NCBI GenBank assembly: GCA_963668645.2
Contig: CAXXWC010000019.1
Location: 710,053-774,052 of the forward strand
Reading direction: 5' to 3'
Length of the DNA stretch: 64,000 nt
Origin: Desulfobacterales bacterium
GTDB lineage: Bacteria > Desulfobacterota > Desulfobacteria > Desulfobacterales > UBA2174
The position numbers and the translations under genes are program-made. Below, one piece after another: positions 39,672-48,962 of the stretch. Positions within the stretch are counted from its first letter, which is position 1. Each line of letters opens with the position of its first letter. The notes under the pieces are model-generated. The model saw only the letters and a list, made by a program, of their open reading frames with translations, made no database searches and was not told the origin of the DNA.

Positions 39672-41099
39672 ATGACCTTATTGAGAAGATTGCGTCTGCG
39701 GCTGGCTGCCGGCCTGCTTTTGGCCCTTGTGGGCTGGAGTTGGGTCTTTGTCCCGGCCATAGAGGCGATCACGGTTCAAGAAGAGGAAGATCTTTCACGG
39801 GAATTTCTCAAGATGGTGTTCAAGCAGTACGAAATCCTGCACGAACCGCTGGTCACCGACTACCTTTCCCGCCTGGGCCGGCGCCTGCTCGAAGTCCTGC
39901 CCCCCCAGCCCTTCGAGTATCATTTTTACATGATTGTGGATCCGACCTACAACGCCTTTGCCACACCGGCAGGCCATATCTTCATCAACACGGGCCTGGT
40001 GGCGGCCCTGGAAAACGAAAGCGAATTGGCGGGCATCCTCGGCCACGAAATCGCCCATGTGGTCTGCCGCCACATCTCGCAGAAAATCGAACGCTCCAAG
40101 AAGATCGGAGCCGCCAGCCTCGCCGGAGTGATCGCGGGGGTTCTGCTGGGCAGCGCCGGGGCGGGCGACGCGGCCGGTGCGATGATGATCGGCAGCCTGG
40201 CGGCCGGCCAGAGCCTGGCCCTGGCCTATAGCCGGGAAGACGAAATGCAGGCCGACCAGTTGGGGCTGCTCAACCTGACGGAGGCCGGCTTCAGCGGCAT
40301 GGGGTTGCTCACCGGCCTTAAGACCATCCGAAGCCGCCAGTGGTACGGCTCCAAGGAGGTACCCACCTATCTTAGAACCCATCCGGCGGTGGAAGATCGC
40401 ATGGCCTATATCGACAACTGGCTTCAACAGGCGGGTGACGCAGCCTCCGCACCCCGCCAATCAAGCCCCGAATTCGCCCGCGTCCACACCTGGGTGGAGG
40501 CCATTTACGGTGATACGGACACCGCCCGCCAGCAATTCACCGCAGCCGTCCACCGTGATCCAGCCGATCCGATGGCCCATTGGGGGTATGCCTTGACGCT
40601 GGAACGCGCCGGTGAGACCGCCGCGGCCCTCGACCAATTGCAGCAAGCCCTGGCCCTGAGCCCGCTGGACGGCTACATGCTCAAGGACCTGGGACGCCTC
40701 TACTTTACCAACGGCCGCTACACCGAAGCCCTGGGGGTACTGGAGGGACTGGCCCAAGTGCCGGAGCCGCCGCCCGAGGCGCTTTTTTACTTAGGCCGCA
40801 CCCAGCTCGAACTCGGCCTCCAGGATCAGGCCCTGCGCACCCTGGACATCCTGGTGGCGCGCCATCCGAACTATCCCTCGGCCCGGTATTTTCTCGGCGA
40901 GGCTTTGGGCCGGACCGGGCGTCTGGCCGAAGCCCACTATCATCTGGGGCTTTTCCATTATGCCCAGCGGGACATGAAAAACGCGCGCTTCCACCTCGAA
41001 CGGGCCCTGGAGGGGATCCATGACGCGCAACGACGCCAGGAGATTGAAAGGATTCTCAAAAGAGATATCCCGAAAGCCGAAAAGAAAAAGGCTTCCTGA
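39672..41099 (+). CDS. M48 metalloprotease with TPR repeats (BepA/YfgC-like)
   Basis: Signal peptide; NAFATPAG, HEIAH, YSREDEMQAD and THP motifs; C-terminal TPRs; AAGGAG RBS. Confidence 0.92.
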   Translation: MTLLRRLRLRLAAGLLLALVGWSWVFVPAIEAITVQEEEDLSREFLKMVFKQYEILHEPLVTDYLSRLGRRLLEVLPPQPFEYHFYMIVDPTYNAFATPAGHIFINTGLVAALENESELAGILGHEIAHVVCRHISQKIERSKKIGAASLAGVIAGVLLGSAGAGDAAGAMMIGSLAAGQSLALAYSREDEMQADQLGLLNLTEAGFSGMGLLTGLKTIRSRQWYGSKEVPTYLRTHPAVEDRMAYIDNWLQQAGDAASAPRQSSPEFARVHTWVEAIYGDTDTARQQFTAAVHRDPADPMAHWGYALTLERAGETAAALDQLQQALALSPLDGYMLKDLGRLYFTNGRYTEALGVLEGLAQVPEPPPEALFYLGRTQLELGLQDQALRTLDILVARHPNYPSARYFLGEALGRTGRLAEAHYHLGLFHYAQRDMKNARFHLERALEGIHDAQRRQEIERILKRDIPKAEKKKAS

Positions 41100-41162
41100 T
41101 TACCGCTTCTGATTTTCCCCGATATCCGTTGGCGTGCAGAAAGGACGATTTCGAGCATCTTT

Positions 41163-42248
41163 ATGAATCGGCGAAGGTTTTTGCGGCACCTGGCCGCCGG
41201 CCTGCAAGGAACCATGGTTTCGCTGGCAGCCGCCCGGATAGCGGCAAGTGCCCAGGGCGCATCCGCCCCTTGCGGGGGGCTTCCGGCCGGGCTCGGCCTG
41301 CGCGACATCGCGCGGCTCAAGCAGCATCACCGCGGCAGCGGATTTGTCAATCCGTTTTGCGACCGCAACTACCGGCGCTTCGGGCAATTGTTGCGCTGGA
41401 AGCTCTTTTCCCCCAATCGCTACAAGCATCTTTACCCCGCTGAAACCGAACGGCCGGTTCTGGTGGATTGGCCGGCCTTGACCCACCGCGACCGCCTTTC
41501 CGTGACCTTTCTCAATCACGCCAGTGTCCTGATCCGCGACCCGGCCCGCAGCCTGCTCATCGATCCGATATTTTTCGGCCTGCTGCCCTTTATCCACAAT
41601 TTCACCCCCCTGCGCTTTGCCGCAGACGCCGTTCCCCGTCCGGATGAGGTGCTCATCACTCACGGTCATTACGACCATCTGGACATACCGACCCTGCAGG
41701 CCCTTGACCCCGGCACCCATGTGGTCACACCGCTCGGATATGAAGCGCTGATGGACGGGATCGGACTTCGCCGCCACACCCGCCTCGATTGGTTCGAAAC
41801 AGCGCAGCTGGGCGACTGGCGCATCACTCTGGTGCCGGCGCACCACTGGACCATGCGCAATCCGTTCACCGGTCCCAACACCGCCCTGTGGGGCGGCTAC
41901 CTCATCGAGACCGGTTCAGGCCGCACCATCTACTACAGCGGCGACACGGCCTATTTCGATGGATTTTCCGCTATCGGCCGGGAAGCGGACATCGATCTGG
42001 CCATCATCTGTCTGGGCGCCTATGCGCCGCGCTGGTTCATGGCCGACAGCCACATCGACCCGGCCCAGACGGTGGAGGCCTTCCGGCGCTTGGGCGCCCG
42101 GCGGCTCATGGTGGTCCACTGGGGCACTTTCCGTCTCGGCGACGAGCCGGTCCACCTGCCGCCGCTTGAACTGGCCCGAGAAATGGAAAAGGCCGGACTG
42201 CGCGACCGGCTGGTCCATCTCGAAGCGGGGCAAACCCTGGACCTTTGA
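41163..42248 (+). CDS. Tat-exported MBL-fold metallohydrolase (NAPE-PLD/RomA-like)
   Basis: MNRRRFL twin-arginine motif; THGHYDHLD, PAHHW, SGDT and VHWGTF motifs. Confidence 0.9.
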   Translation: MNRRRFLRHLAAGLQGTMVSLAAARIAASAQGASAPCGGLPAGLGLRDIARLKQHHRGSGFVNPFCDRNYRRFGQLLRWKLFSPNRYKHLYPAETERPVLVDWPALTHRDRLSVTFLNHASVLIRDPARSLLIDPIFFGLLPFIHNFTPLRFAADAVPRPDEVLITHGHYDHLDIPTLQALDPGTHVVTPLGYEALMDGIGLRRHTRLDWFETAQLGDWRITLVPAHHWTMRNPFTGPNTALWGGYLIETGSGRTIYYSGDTAYFDGFSAIGREADIDLAIICLGAYAPRWFMADSHIDPAQTVEAFRRLGARRLMVVHWGTFRLGDEPVHLPPLELAREMEKAGLRDRLVHLEAGQTLDL

Positions 42249-42544
42249 ATCGCCACAGGCGCCTGGGCGCCCGAGCGGCCCGATACCGGCCAGGGCGCTT
42301 GTGGCGGCTCGAAACGGATTCTGGTGCCGTACGATTGCCAATACTCTTGACAAAAGCAGGGGATAACAGGTATTTCGATCGGTGTTTGTTTCGGTAAAAG
42401 GCGCTGTATCACGCGCCGGTCAAGCCAAACGGCCTGGAAGGCCGCCCCCCTTGACGGCATGTGATCCACAAAGAATCCAGGCGACCACCTTAACTTCAAC
42501 AGCGTATTATGCGAAACGCGTTTGGGATCCCATGCCTGAGCGAC

Positions 42545-43714
42545 ATGCGGCGGCCTATGGTCCTGGCGGTCGTTCTTCTCGGGCTGACGCTGCTGTGGGC
42601 CGCACCTGGGCACGGCGCTGCCAAGCCTAAAAAGACCTCCCTGAAAAAAGCCACCACCATCAAAACGCGTAATTTAAAACCGGAACAGAAGGCGATCCCC
42701 GATTGCGTCGCTTTCAAACCGGAACTGGAAAAATTCATCGGCACCCCGTACCGGTTCGGCGGGGTCGGGCTTGCCGGGATAGATTGCTCGGGTTTCGCCA
42801 AGACCCTCTTTGCCGAGGCCTTCGGCATCGAGCTGCCGCACAATTCCCGCGCCATCAGCCATCTGGACTTTCTCCAGGACCTGCCGTCGGACTGGGACAT
42901 CTACCGGCCCAGCGACCTGCTCTTTTTCGGCAACGGCAAGGGCCGTATCAATCACATGGGCATCTACCTGGGCGAAGGCAAATTCATCCACGCCTCGCGC
43001 ACCTTCGGAGTGATCGTCTCCAACCTTGAAAACAGCTACTGGAAACGCCGCCTGGTGTCGTCCAAGCGCGTGACGGTGCTCGACGACACCCTGCTGATGA
43101 ATCCGAGCGATACCACCGGCACCCTGTCGGCTCTCAACATGCCGTCCACCCTGGCTTTAGGCTACCGCCAGCCGATCCTGGACGAATATCTGGACCTGGG
43201 ACTGGAAGGATTCTACCGGGATCAGGAGCACCAGGACCGGCCGCCGGCCCGGCCGTCGCTTTCGACGCTGCGGCGGCGATGGCAAGCGCCGTCGCCCATC
43301 GATCACTATGAAGGCTGGCGCGCCCGCCTGTCGTTCACCCCCTCCGACTGGCTGCGCATCACCCCGTCGCTGGGCAACTTCGAGGTGGCTGACCAGCTCG
43401 GGGAAAGCACCGGCTCCCTGCGCACCTACGGCATCACGACCCATATCGCGCCCGAGACCTCGCCCTGGTCCTTGTCCATGGCGGCCCAGACCTCGTATTT
43501 TCGCGAATCGGCCGACACTCTCCAAGACGGGGATCGCTCGTCGTGGCAGAGCATCGACCTAGCCGTGGACATCGGCTACCGCCTGGCCGAGGGCTTCAAT
43601 CTTTCCGTGTCCGGTTCTTACAGCGATCTTTACGAACGTGAAGGGACCGCCGAACTCGGGGACCTGCCGGCAAACCTCAACGACGTGAGTCTGCGCCTGA
43701 AGATCGATTTCTGA
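42545..43714 (+). CDS. NlpC/P60 (C40) peptidase with long C-terminal extension
   Basis: Signal peptide; GTPYRFGG, IDCSG, DLLFF, HMGIYLG and FIHAS motifs; start uncertain (42509-42557). Confidence 0.88.
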   Translation: MRRPMVLAVVLLGLTLLWAAPGHGAAKPKKTSLKKATTIKTRNLKPEQKAIPDCVAFKPELEKFIGTPYRFGGVGLAGIDCSGFAKTLFAEAFGIELPHNSRAISHLDFLQDLPSDWDIYRPSDLLFFGNGKGRINHMGIYLGEGKFIHASRTFGVIVSNLENSYWKRRLVSSKRVTVLDDTLLMNPSDTTGTLSALNMPSTLALGYRQPILDEYLDLGLEGFYRDQEHQDRPPARPSLSTLRRRWQAPSPIDHYEGWRARLSFTPSDWLRITPSLGNFEVADQLGESTGSLRTYGITTHIAPETSPWSLSMAAQTSYFRESADTLQDGDRSSWQSIDLAVDIGYRLAEGFNLSVSGSYSDLYEREGTAELGDLPANLNDVSLRLKIDF

Positions 43715-45393
43715 AAGGCCGGAGCCGATTCCAGGCTTCGCGCCGCAAGGTTCTTTTCGTAAAAAGTGGACGGCTCGTAGCGCCATCCTGCGGCCAGGCG
43801 TCTTTCCTCGGCCCTGATGCACCGGATGATCCAGCGGCCGATGATGGGGGCGGCCAGGCGGGTGCGGATCCCGAAGGTTCGATAGATATCCTTGAGCAGA
43901 CCGTCCATCTGATCCTTCAGGCGGGCATCGGAGCAAAAATAGCGGCGCATAGCCCAGACCGCCCCGGCATAGGTGGCGTGCAGCGGGGCCACCTCACGGG
44001 CATAGCGGTCGCGGATGCGCCGGTCCGGGTGATGCCGGTAGTGCTGCCAGCCGGAAAGCAGGGTGCGGATCAGACGCGCCAGGCTGGGACCGTTGGCGGT
44101 AAAATCGCGGCTGAACGCCTCGATGAGGTACTTTTCCTCTTCTCCGGCCGGAATCCGGGCATGACGATAGTTGAAGCGGTACTGGCCGTGGGCGTCGGCA
44201 TAATCGAAGCGGGCCTCATCGTAGAGAGTGCCGTTGCGGCGGTGTTCCTCGTAAAGCGGGGTTCCGGGGTTGGGCGTGTAGAGCATGAACTGGTGAAAAT
44301 CGGTGTGGTGACCGACGGCGTAGTCGATGGCCGCATCAATGTTGTCCGGCGAATGCTCTTCAAGCCCGATGATGGTCGAGCCCAGGACCCGTATCCCGTG
44401 GGCCTGAAGTTCCGCGACCAGTTCCCGGGTATCGACGTGCTCCAGCTTGCGGTAAGCGCTGCCCTGGCCCTCGATACCCATCCAGACCCAGGCGATCCCC
44501 AGGCCGACCAATTGCTCCATGCTGTAGGAGCGCAGTACCCGGGCCGAAGAAAAAACGTTCAGGGCCCAGCGCTTGCCGTTGGCCTGCATCAATTCGAGCA
44601 GCCGCAAAGCACGCTGGCGGTGAAGCAGGAAGTTTTCGTCCAGCACGAAAAAGGATTGCACCTTGAGCGTCTTTTCCAGATCCTGCATCACGGCGAACAG
44701 CTCGTCGCCGGTTTTGTAAAAATTGACAAAATGCCCCTTGCCGCCGAAAAGGGCCGAAGTGGAGCAGAAGTTGCAGCCCACCGGACAGCCCACCGAGGGG
44801 ATCAGGATAGCGGCCGTATCCCCGGGCCGATCACGCAGCGGAATGCCCAGAATCCGGGTGCCGAAGGCCGAATAGGCCGCCGGGTGAACGACGGGCGCGT
44901 CTTCGGATTGCCCCAGAAAACGGCGGAACCAGGCGACCCCGTCCCCGCGTACGATATGATCGGCATCGATGCGTGCGTCCAGATCCTCCAAGGCGGCGAT
45001 GTGGCCGCCTACGACGATGGTTGCCCTGGGCTGGATACGGCGGATCAGGGCGCACATCTTGTGCACCTTGCCGATATTGGGCCGGATGGCGCTGATGCCG
45101 ATGATGTCATAAGAGGTCCGGGTCAACTCGGTGGTAAAGCGCTCCAGCGAGGGGAAATCGAGCAGAGTGCAAGGGGCCTCCATGTTGGCCTGGAGCATGA
45201 GCAGGCCGAAAGACCGGTGAAACATGCGCAGGGAAAAGACCCCCTGAACCCGGGTGACCTGATTGTGGTATAGTTCCATGGGGTTTATGGTGCGGCTGCC
45301 GTATTCATCGTCCTGGGCAAAGGGACCGAAGACGCTCGACAACAACACGTTGGCTTTGAGACCTTTGGGGTGAACCGGAACATGGGTCTGCAT
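43630..45393 (-). CDS. B12-binding-domain radical SAM protein
   Basis: DIIGISA and IVVGGH...RGDG cobalamin-binding-like region; GCPVGCNFC; LDENF; PNPGTPLY. Confidence 0.9.
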   Translation of the reverse strand: MQTHVPVHPKGLKANVLLSSVFGPFAQDDEYGSRTINPMELYHNQVTRVQGVFSLRMFHRSFGLLMLQANMEAPCTLLDFPSLERFTTELTRTSYDIIGISAIRPNIGKVHKMCALIRRIQPRATIVVGGHIAALEDLDARIDADHIVRGDGVAWFRRFLGQSEDAPVVHPAAYSAFGTRILGIPLRDRPGDTAAILIPSVGCPVGCNFCSTSALFGGKGHFVNFYKTGDELFAVMQDLEKTLKVQSFFVLDENFLLHRQRALRLLELMQANGKRWALNVFSSARVLRSYSMEQLVGLGIAWVWMGIEGQGSAYRKLEHVDTRELVAELQAHGIRVLGSTIIGLEEHSPDNIDAAIDYAVGHHTDFHQFMLYTPNPGTPLYEEHRRNGTLYDEARFDYADAHGQYRFNYRHARIPAGEEEKYLIEAFSRDFTANGPSLARLIRTLLSGWQHYRHHPDRRIRDRYAREVAPLHATYAGAVWAMRRYFCSDARLKDQMDGLLKDIYRTFGIRTRLAAPIIGRWIIRCIRAEERRLAAGWRYEPSTFYEKNLAARSLESAPAFQKSIFRRRLTSLRFAGRSPSSAVPSRS

Positions 45394-45790
45394 AATGGAT
45401 TCCTCGTGGGGGTAAATTGCATCGAAAACTTGGCGCCATAACCGCCCTCAGGGCGGCCGGGATCCTTAACAGTTGGCCATGCTAATCGACCGACAGGGCG
45501 AAATCAATTGCAACACTTCGGTTTTACAAATCATTTACATGGACCGGGATACGCCCGGCTCCCGACCGGCCCATTGACAGAAGGCGGTGATGGTGTTACA
45601 GGGTTCGCCATCATATCCATGGGCAACAATCGCCCTGCCACGCCGGTTTCATCTGCATACAACTCTCGGTTCGGATTTCGCGCAGGGTAATTTTGCGCCT
45701 GGTCACCTTGAAAACGGCAGCACGGCAGGTGCACCTTGGTTATCGTCGAAGATTTTCAGGCTGGAATTCAATCTAGGTGGAGGTGACAAG

Positions 45791-46126
45791 ATGGCCGATG
45801 CTTACATCAACATTTCCCTGAACGACGAAAAGGTCAAACAGCTTGAGGAAGCGGGACTGGCTGACCAGGTCAAAACCATAGACGGCAAGCAGGTCCTCCA
45901 AGTCGAGATGACGGCCAAGGACAAGAAAAAGCTGGCCAAAGGATTCGACGGGTTGCAGTTCGACGATGCCGGTGCGTGCGTGCTTCCCGAAAATGCCGAG
46001 GAGACCCTCTGGAAAATCATCCTCGACATGAAGAGCACTGATGTGATGAAATTCGCCATCACCAAACTGTACAATCCGCTGGCAGGCCGCGACGTGTTCG
46101 GCCGCGGCAGTACGGGCGGCCGGTAG
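45791..46126 (+). CDS. Hypothetical protein (111 aa)
   Basis: GGAGGTG RBS before ATG; typical codon usage and composition; no recognised motif. Confidence 0.8.
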   Translation: MADAYINISLNDEKVKQLEEAGLADQVKTIDGKQVLQVEMTAKDKKKLAKGFDGLQFDDAGACVLPENAEETLWKIILDMKSTDVMKFAITKLYNPLAGRDVFGRGSTGGR

Positions 46127-46481
46127 TCTTTCCGGCAGCGACGCTTATTCCGGTTTGTACCCGGTTGCCCACCTGCCGACCGGCCAGCAGGCGGGCGACC
46201 GGCTGAGGCGCGGCAAGCTTGAATCCGCGCAACGCGCCGGTGATGATTTGGCCGGCGATTCAACCGGCAAGGATTTATCCAGGCTGACCGGGCCGGCAGC
46301 ACCGCCTTCCCACCGTTTTTAACGCTCCGATTTCAAACCGCACAGGTGCTCGACTGCCTCGGACTTGCCGGGCGCATGGTTCTGCTCGATGCGGTCAACC
46401 GCACCCCCCCGTCATCGACGAGGGCCGGGGCAACGACGGCAATCGGACCAAACAATCCATGGATAAAGACGTACTGATCTG

Positions 46482-46865
46482 TCAAAACGTCCATTGGCGC
46501 GGCGTGTAGCCGGCCGGCAAGTGGGCCGTTCCTTTGACACAGGTGATCTCTGCCTCTTGATGGATCGTTTCGATCAGCGTATCGATATGATCGCAAAATC
46601 CGCCATGGGAAAGACGCCAGTCGCCTTCGTTCTTGTTGGCAAAGGTACAGGTACAAAGATGGATCACCTCGACCCCCCTGGCCTTGAGAATCTTAGCCTG
46701 ATCGACGGCCACGTCACCGGGGCAGCGGCAGGTGAAAATCCCGGCCGGAACCGCAGCCGCGTGCATTTCAAACCCTTCACGCCCTTCAACAAGGCAGAGC
46801 AGGCAGTTGGTCAGGGGGCAGCGGTCCTGATTCTTTTCGCAACGGATAATGCCGACTCGGGTCAT
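46482..46865 (-). CDS. CGGC-domain Cys-rich (probable Fe-S/metal-binding) protein
   Basis: GIIRC...RCPLTNC, TCRCPG, IHLCTC, FCDH and GTAH motifs; AGGAGG RBS. Confidence 0.8.
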   Translation of the reverse strand: MTRVGIIRCEKNQDRCPLTNCLLCLVEGREGFEMHAAAVPAGIFTCRCPGDVAVDQAKILKARGVEVIHLCTCTFANKNEGDWRLSHGGFCDHIDTLIETIHQEAEITCVKGTAHLPAGYTPRQWTF

Positions 46866-47060
46866 GGAGTCCTCCTGTTGGTTTAGGGATATATCCCGAA
46901 ATGCCATAACCCGTCCATTTTGGCAAGATCCGATGGTCACGGTCCGCCCCGGCCTCCGTCCCAGGATTGACAATTGCACGGCGCCGCATTAGGAAGAATT
47001 CAAAACACGAACCGCTCGCTTCGGCGTGCGAAAGCCAACGTCCATTCCAAGAGGCAACCC

Positions 47061-47375
47061 ATGTTCGAGATTACCCCCGCGGCCCGAGCCCATGCAGCCG
47101 CATTCCTGGCCGGCCGCGAGAAAAAACCCATCCGTATTTATGTCAACACCGGCGACAGCCAAAAAGAGTTCGCCATGGCCCTCGACCAGGTGCGGCCCAC
47201 CGATCAGGTCTACGACATCGAAGGAACGACCTACGTGATCAACCGCGACTTTCTCCACACGGCCCAGCCGCTGCGCATCGATTATGGCGCGGAAGGTTTC
47301 GAAATCTCCTCTCCCGTCGACCTCGAGGCCTTGAAATGCGCCGGTTGCAAGGCCGCCGGAAAATGCGGCATCTGA
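47061..47375 (+). CDS. IscA/HesB-like small protein
   Basis: MFEITPAA...PIRIY...MALD...D...DY pattern; C-terminal CAGC...C; GAGG RBS. Confidence 0.78.
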   Translation: MFEITPAARAHAAAFLAGREKKPIRIYVNTGDSQKEFAMALDQVRPTDQVYDIEGTTYVINRDFLHTAQPLRIDYGAEGFEISSPVDLEALKCAGCKAAGKCGI

Positions 47376-47428
47376 CTGAGGCGGGAAGCTTCGCTTTCTA
47401 GAAGTTCAAAAAGCACCTCGTTAACCCT

Positions 47429-47467
47429 AACCGCCACCGGAAACATACCGGTTGGCGGTTTTCATTT
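47429..47467 (+). terminator. Rho-independent terminator after the hesB-like gene
   Basis: AACCGCCACCGG-aaacata-CCGGTTGGCGGTT followed by TTCATTT. Confidence 0.65.
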
Positions 47468-47479
47468 AAGGCAAACGGA

Positions 47480-48862
47480 TTGAAACCGGCTTCACCCAGG
47501 ATCTCTCCCCCTCGCCACTACCGCGAGATTTTACGCATCAGCCTTCCATTGATGGCCACCATGGGTGCCACCCTGGTCATGGAGTTCACCGACCGGATGT
47601 TTCTGGCCGCCTACTCGGTGGATGCCATCTCGGCGGCCATGCCGGCGGGTCTGCTGGCCCTTTTATTCATCGTTTTGGCTGCCGGCACAGTGGGTTACGT
47701 GTCGGTGTTCATCGCCCAGTACGCCGGGGCCGGCCGCATCGACCGGATCGGCGCCTACCTCTGGCAGGCCGTCTGGCTGGCCCTTGGCACCGGTCTGGTC
47801 CTGGCCGGCCTTTCGTTCATCGGCACGCCCCTCTTTGCGCTGGCCGATCACCCGGCCTCGGTCCAGGCCCTGGAAAACATCTATTTCAGCATTCTGCTGC
47901 GCGGCGCCTTTATCCATGTCCTGGGCAGTGCCCTGGCCGGATTTTTCACCGGCCTGGGCCTGACCCGGCCGGTGATGATCTTTCACGCCGCCGGAACCGC
48001 CGTCAACATCCCCCTCGACTACTGCCTGATCTACGGAATCGGGCCTTTCCCCGAGTTGGGCATTTCGGGCGCCGCTTTGGCCACGGTGGCCGCCTGGGCA
48101 GTGATCACCCTGATGCTGGCCCTGGCGGTTTTTTCCCGGACCAACGACCGGATCTACCGGCTGCACCGGTCACTGCGCCCGCGTGCGGACTTGATGGGGG
48201 AACTGCTGAGCCACGGCGTCCCCGCGGCCCTGCAAATGACCCTCGACATAGTGGCCTTTTCCTTCTTTGTCCTCATGGTGGGTCGCATCGACCGCAACGC
48301 CCTGGCGGTGACCAATATCGTCCTGTCGATCAACTCCCTGGCCTTCATGCCGATGATGGGCGTTTCCATGGGCACCAGCACCTTGGTGGGTCAGGCCATG
48401 GGACGCGGCGATGCGGCCCTGGCCGAGACCTTCACGCGCCAGACCCTCCATCTGATCTACATCTATCTGGCGCTGGTGGCCCTCCTGTTTCTCGGGCTGC
48501 CCGGCATGCTGCTTTCCTGGTTCCGGCCCCCGGACCTGACGCCACTGGAATTCGCCCGCCTGCGCCACGACGGCATCTGGCTGCTGCGCTTGGTGACTGC
48601 CTATATCTTTTTCGACGCCCAGTACATCATCTACGTGGGCGCGTTGAAGGGGGCCGGCGACACCCGCTTTGTCGGGCGAACCGTCGGTCTGTTGTCCATT
48701 CTGGTAATGGGCATCCCCCTGGCACTGGGGATCTCTTTTTTCGGCTGGGGGCTTTTCGACGCCTGGGGCTGTGCCACGGCCTTTATCTTTTCGCTCTTTT
48801 TTGTCTTTCGCCTCCGTTTCAGAAACGGCCGCTGGAAGTCGATGCGACTGGTGGCGGCCTGA
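47480..48862 (+). CDS. MATE-family efflux transporter
   Basis: TDRMFL, NIPLDYCLIYG...PELGISGAALAT, VGQAMG and LKGAGDT motifs. Confidence 0.93.
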   Translation: MKPASPRISPPRHYREILRISLPLMATMGATLVMEFTDRMFLAAYSVDAISAAMPAGLLALLFIVLAAGTVGYVSVFIAQYAGAGRIDRIGAYLWQAVWLALGTGLVLAGLSFIGTPLFALADHPASVQALENIYFSILLRGAFIHVLGSALAGFFTGLGLTRPVMIFHAAGTAVNIPLDYCLIYGIGPFPELGISGAALATVAAWAVITLMLALAVFSRTNDRIYRLHRSLRPRADLMGELLSHGVPAALQMTLDIVAFSFFVLMVGRIDRNALAVTNIVLSINSLAFMPMMGVSMGTSTLVGQAMGRGDAALAETFTRQTLHLIYIYLALVALLFLGLPGMLLSWFRPPDLTPLEFARLRHDGIWLLRLVTAYIFFDAQYIIYVGALKGAGDTRFVGRTVGLLSILVMGIPLALGISFFGWGLFDAWGCATAFIFSLFFVFRLRFRNGRWKSMRLVAA

Positions 48863-48962
48863 GGCGGTTACAAGGGCTACGGTACTCTACACTTGACCCA
48901 TCCATCCAGGATGGATAGAAAATTCTATCTTACCGCGAAGGTGAAGATAACCGTGTTTCATC

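Noticed and set aside
45394..45790. Cobalamin riboswitch upstream of the B12 radical SAM gene
   Set aside because: No B12-box or conserved core visible on the minus strand.
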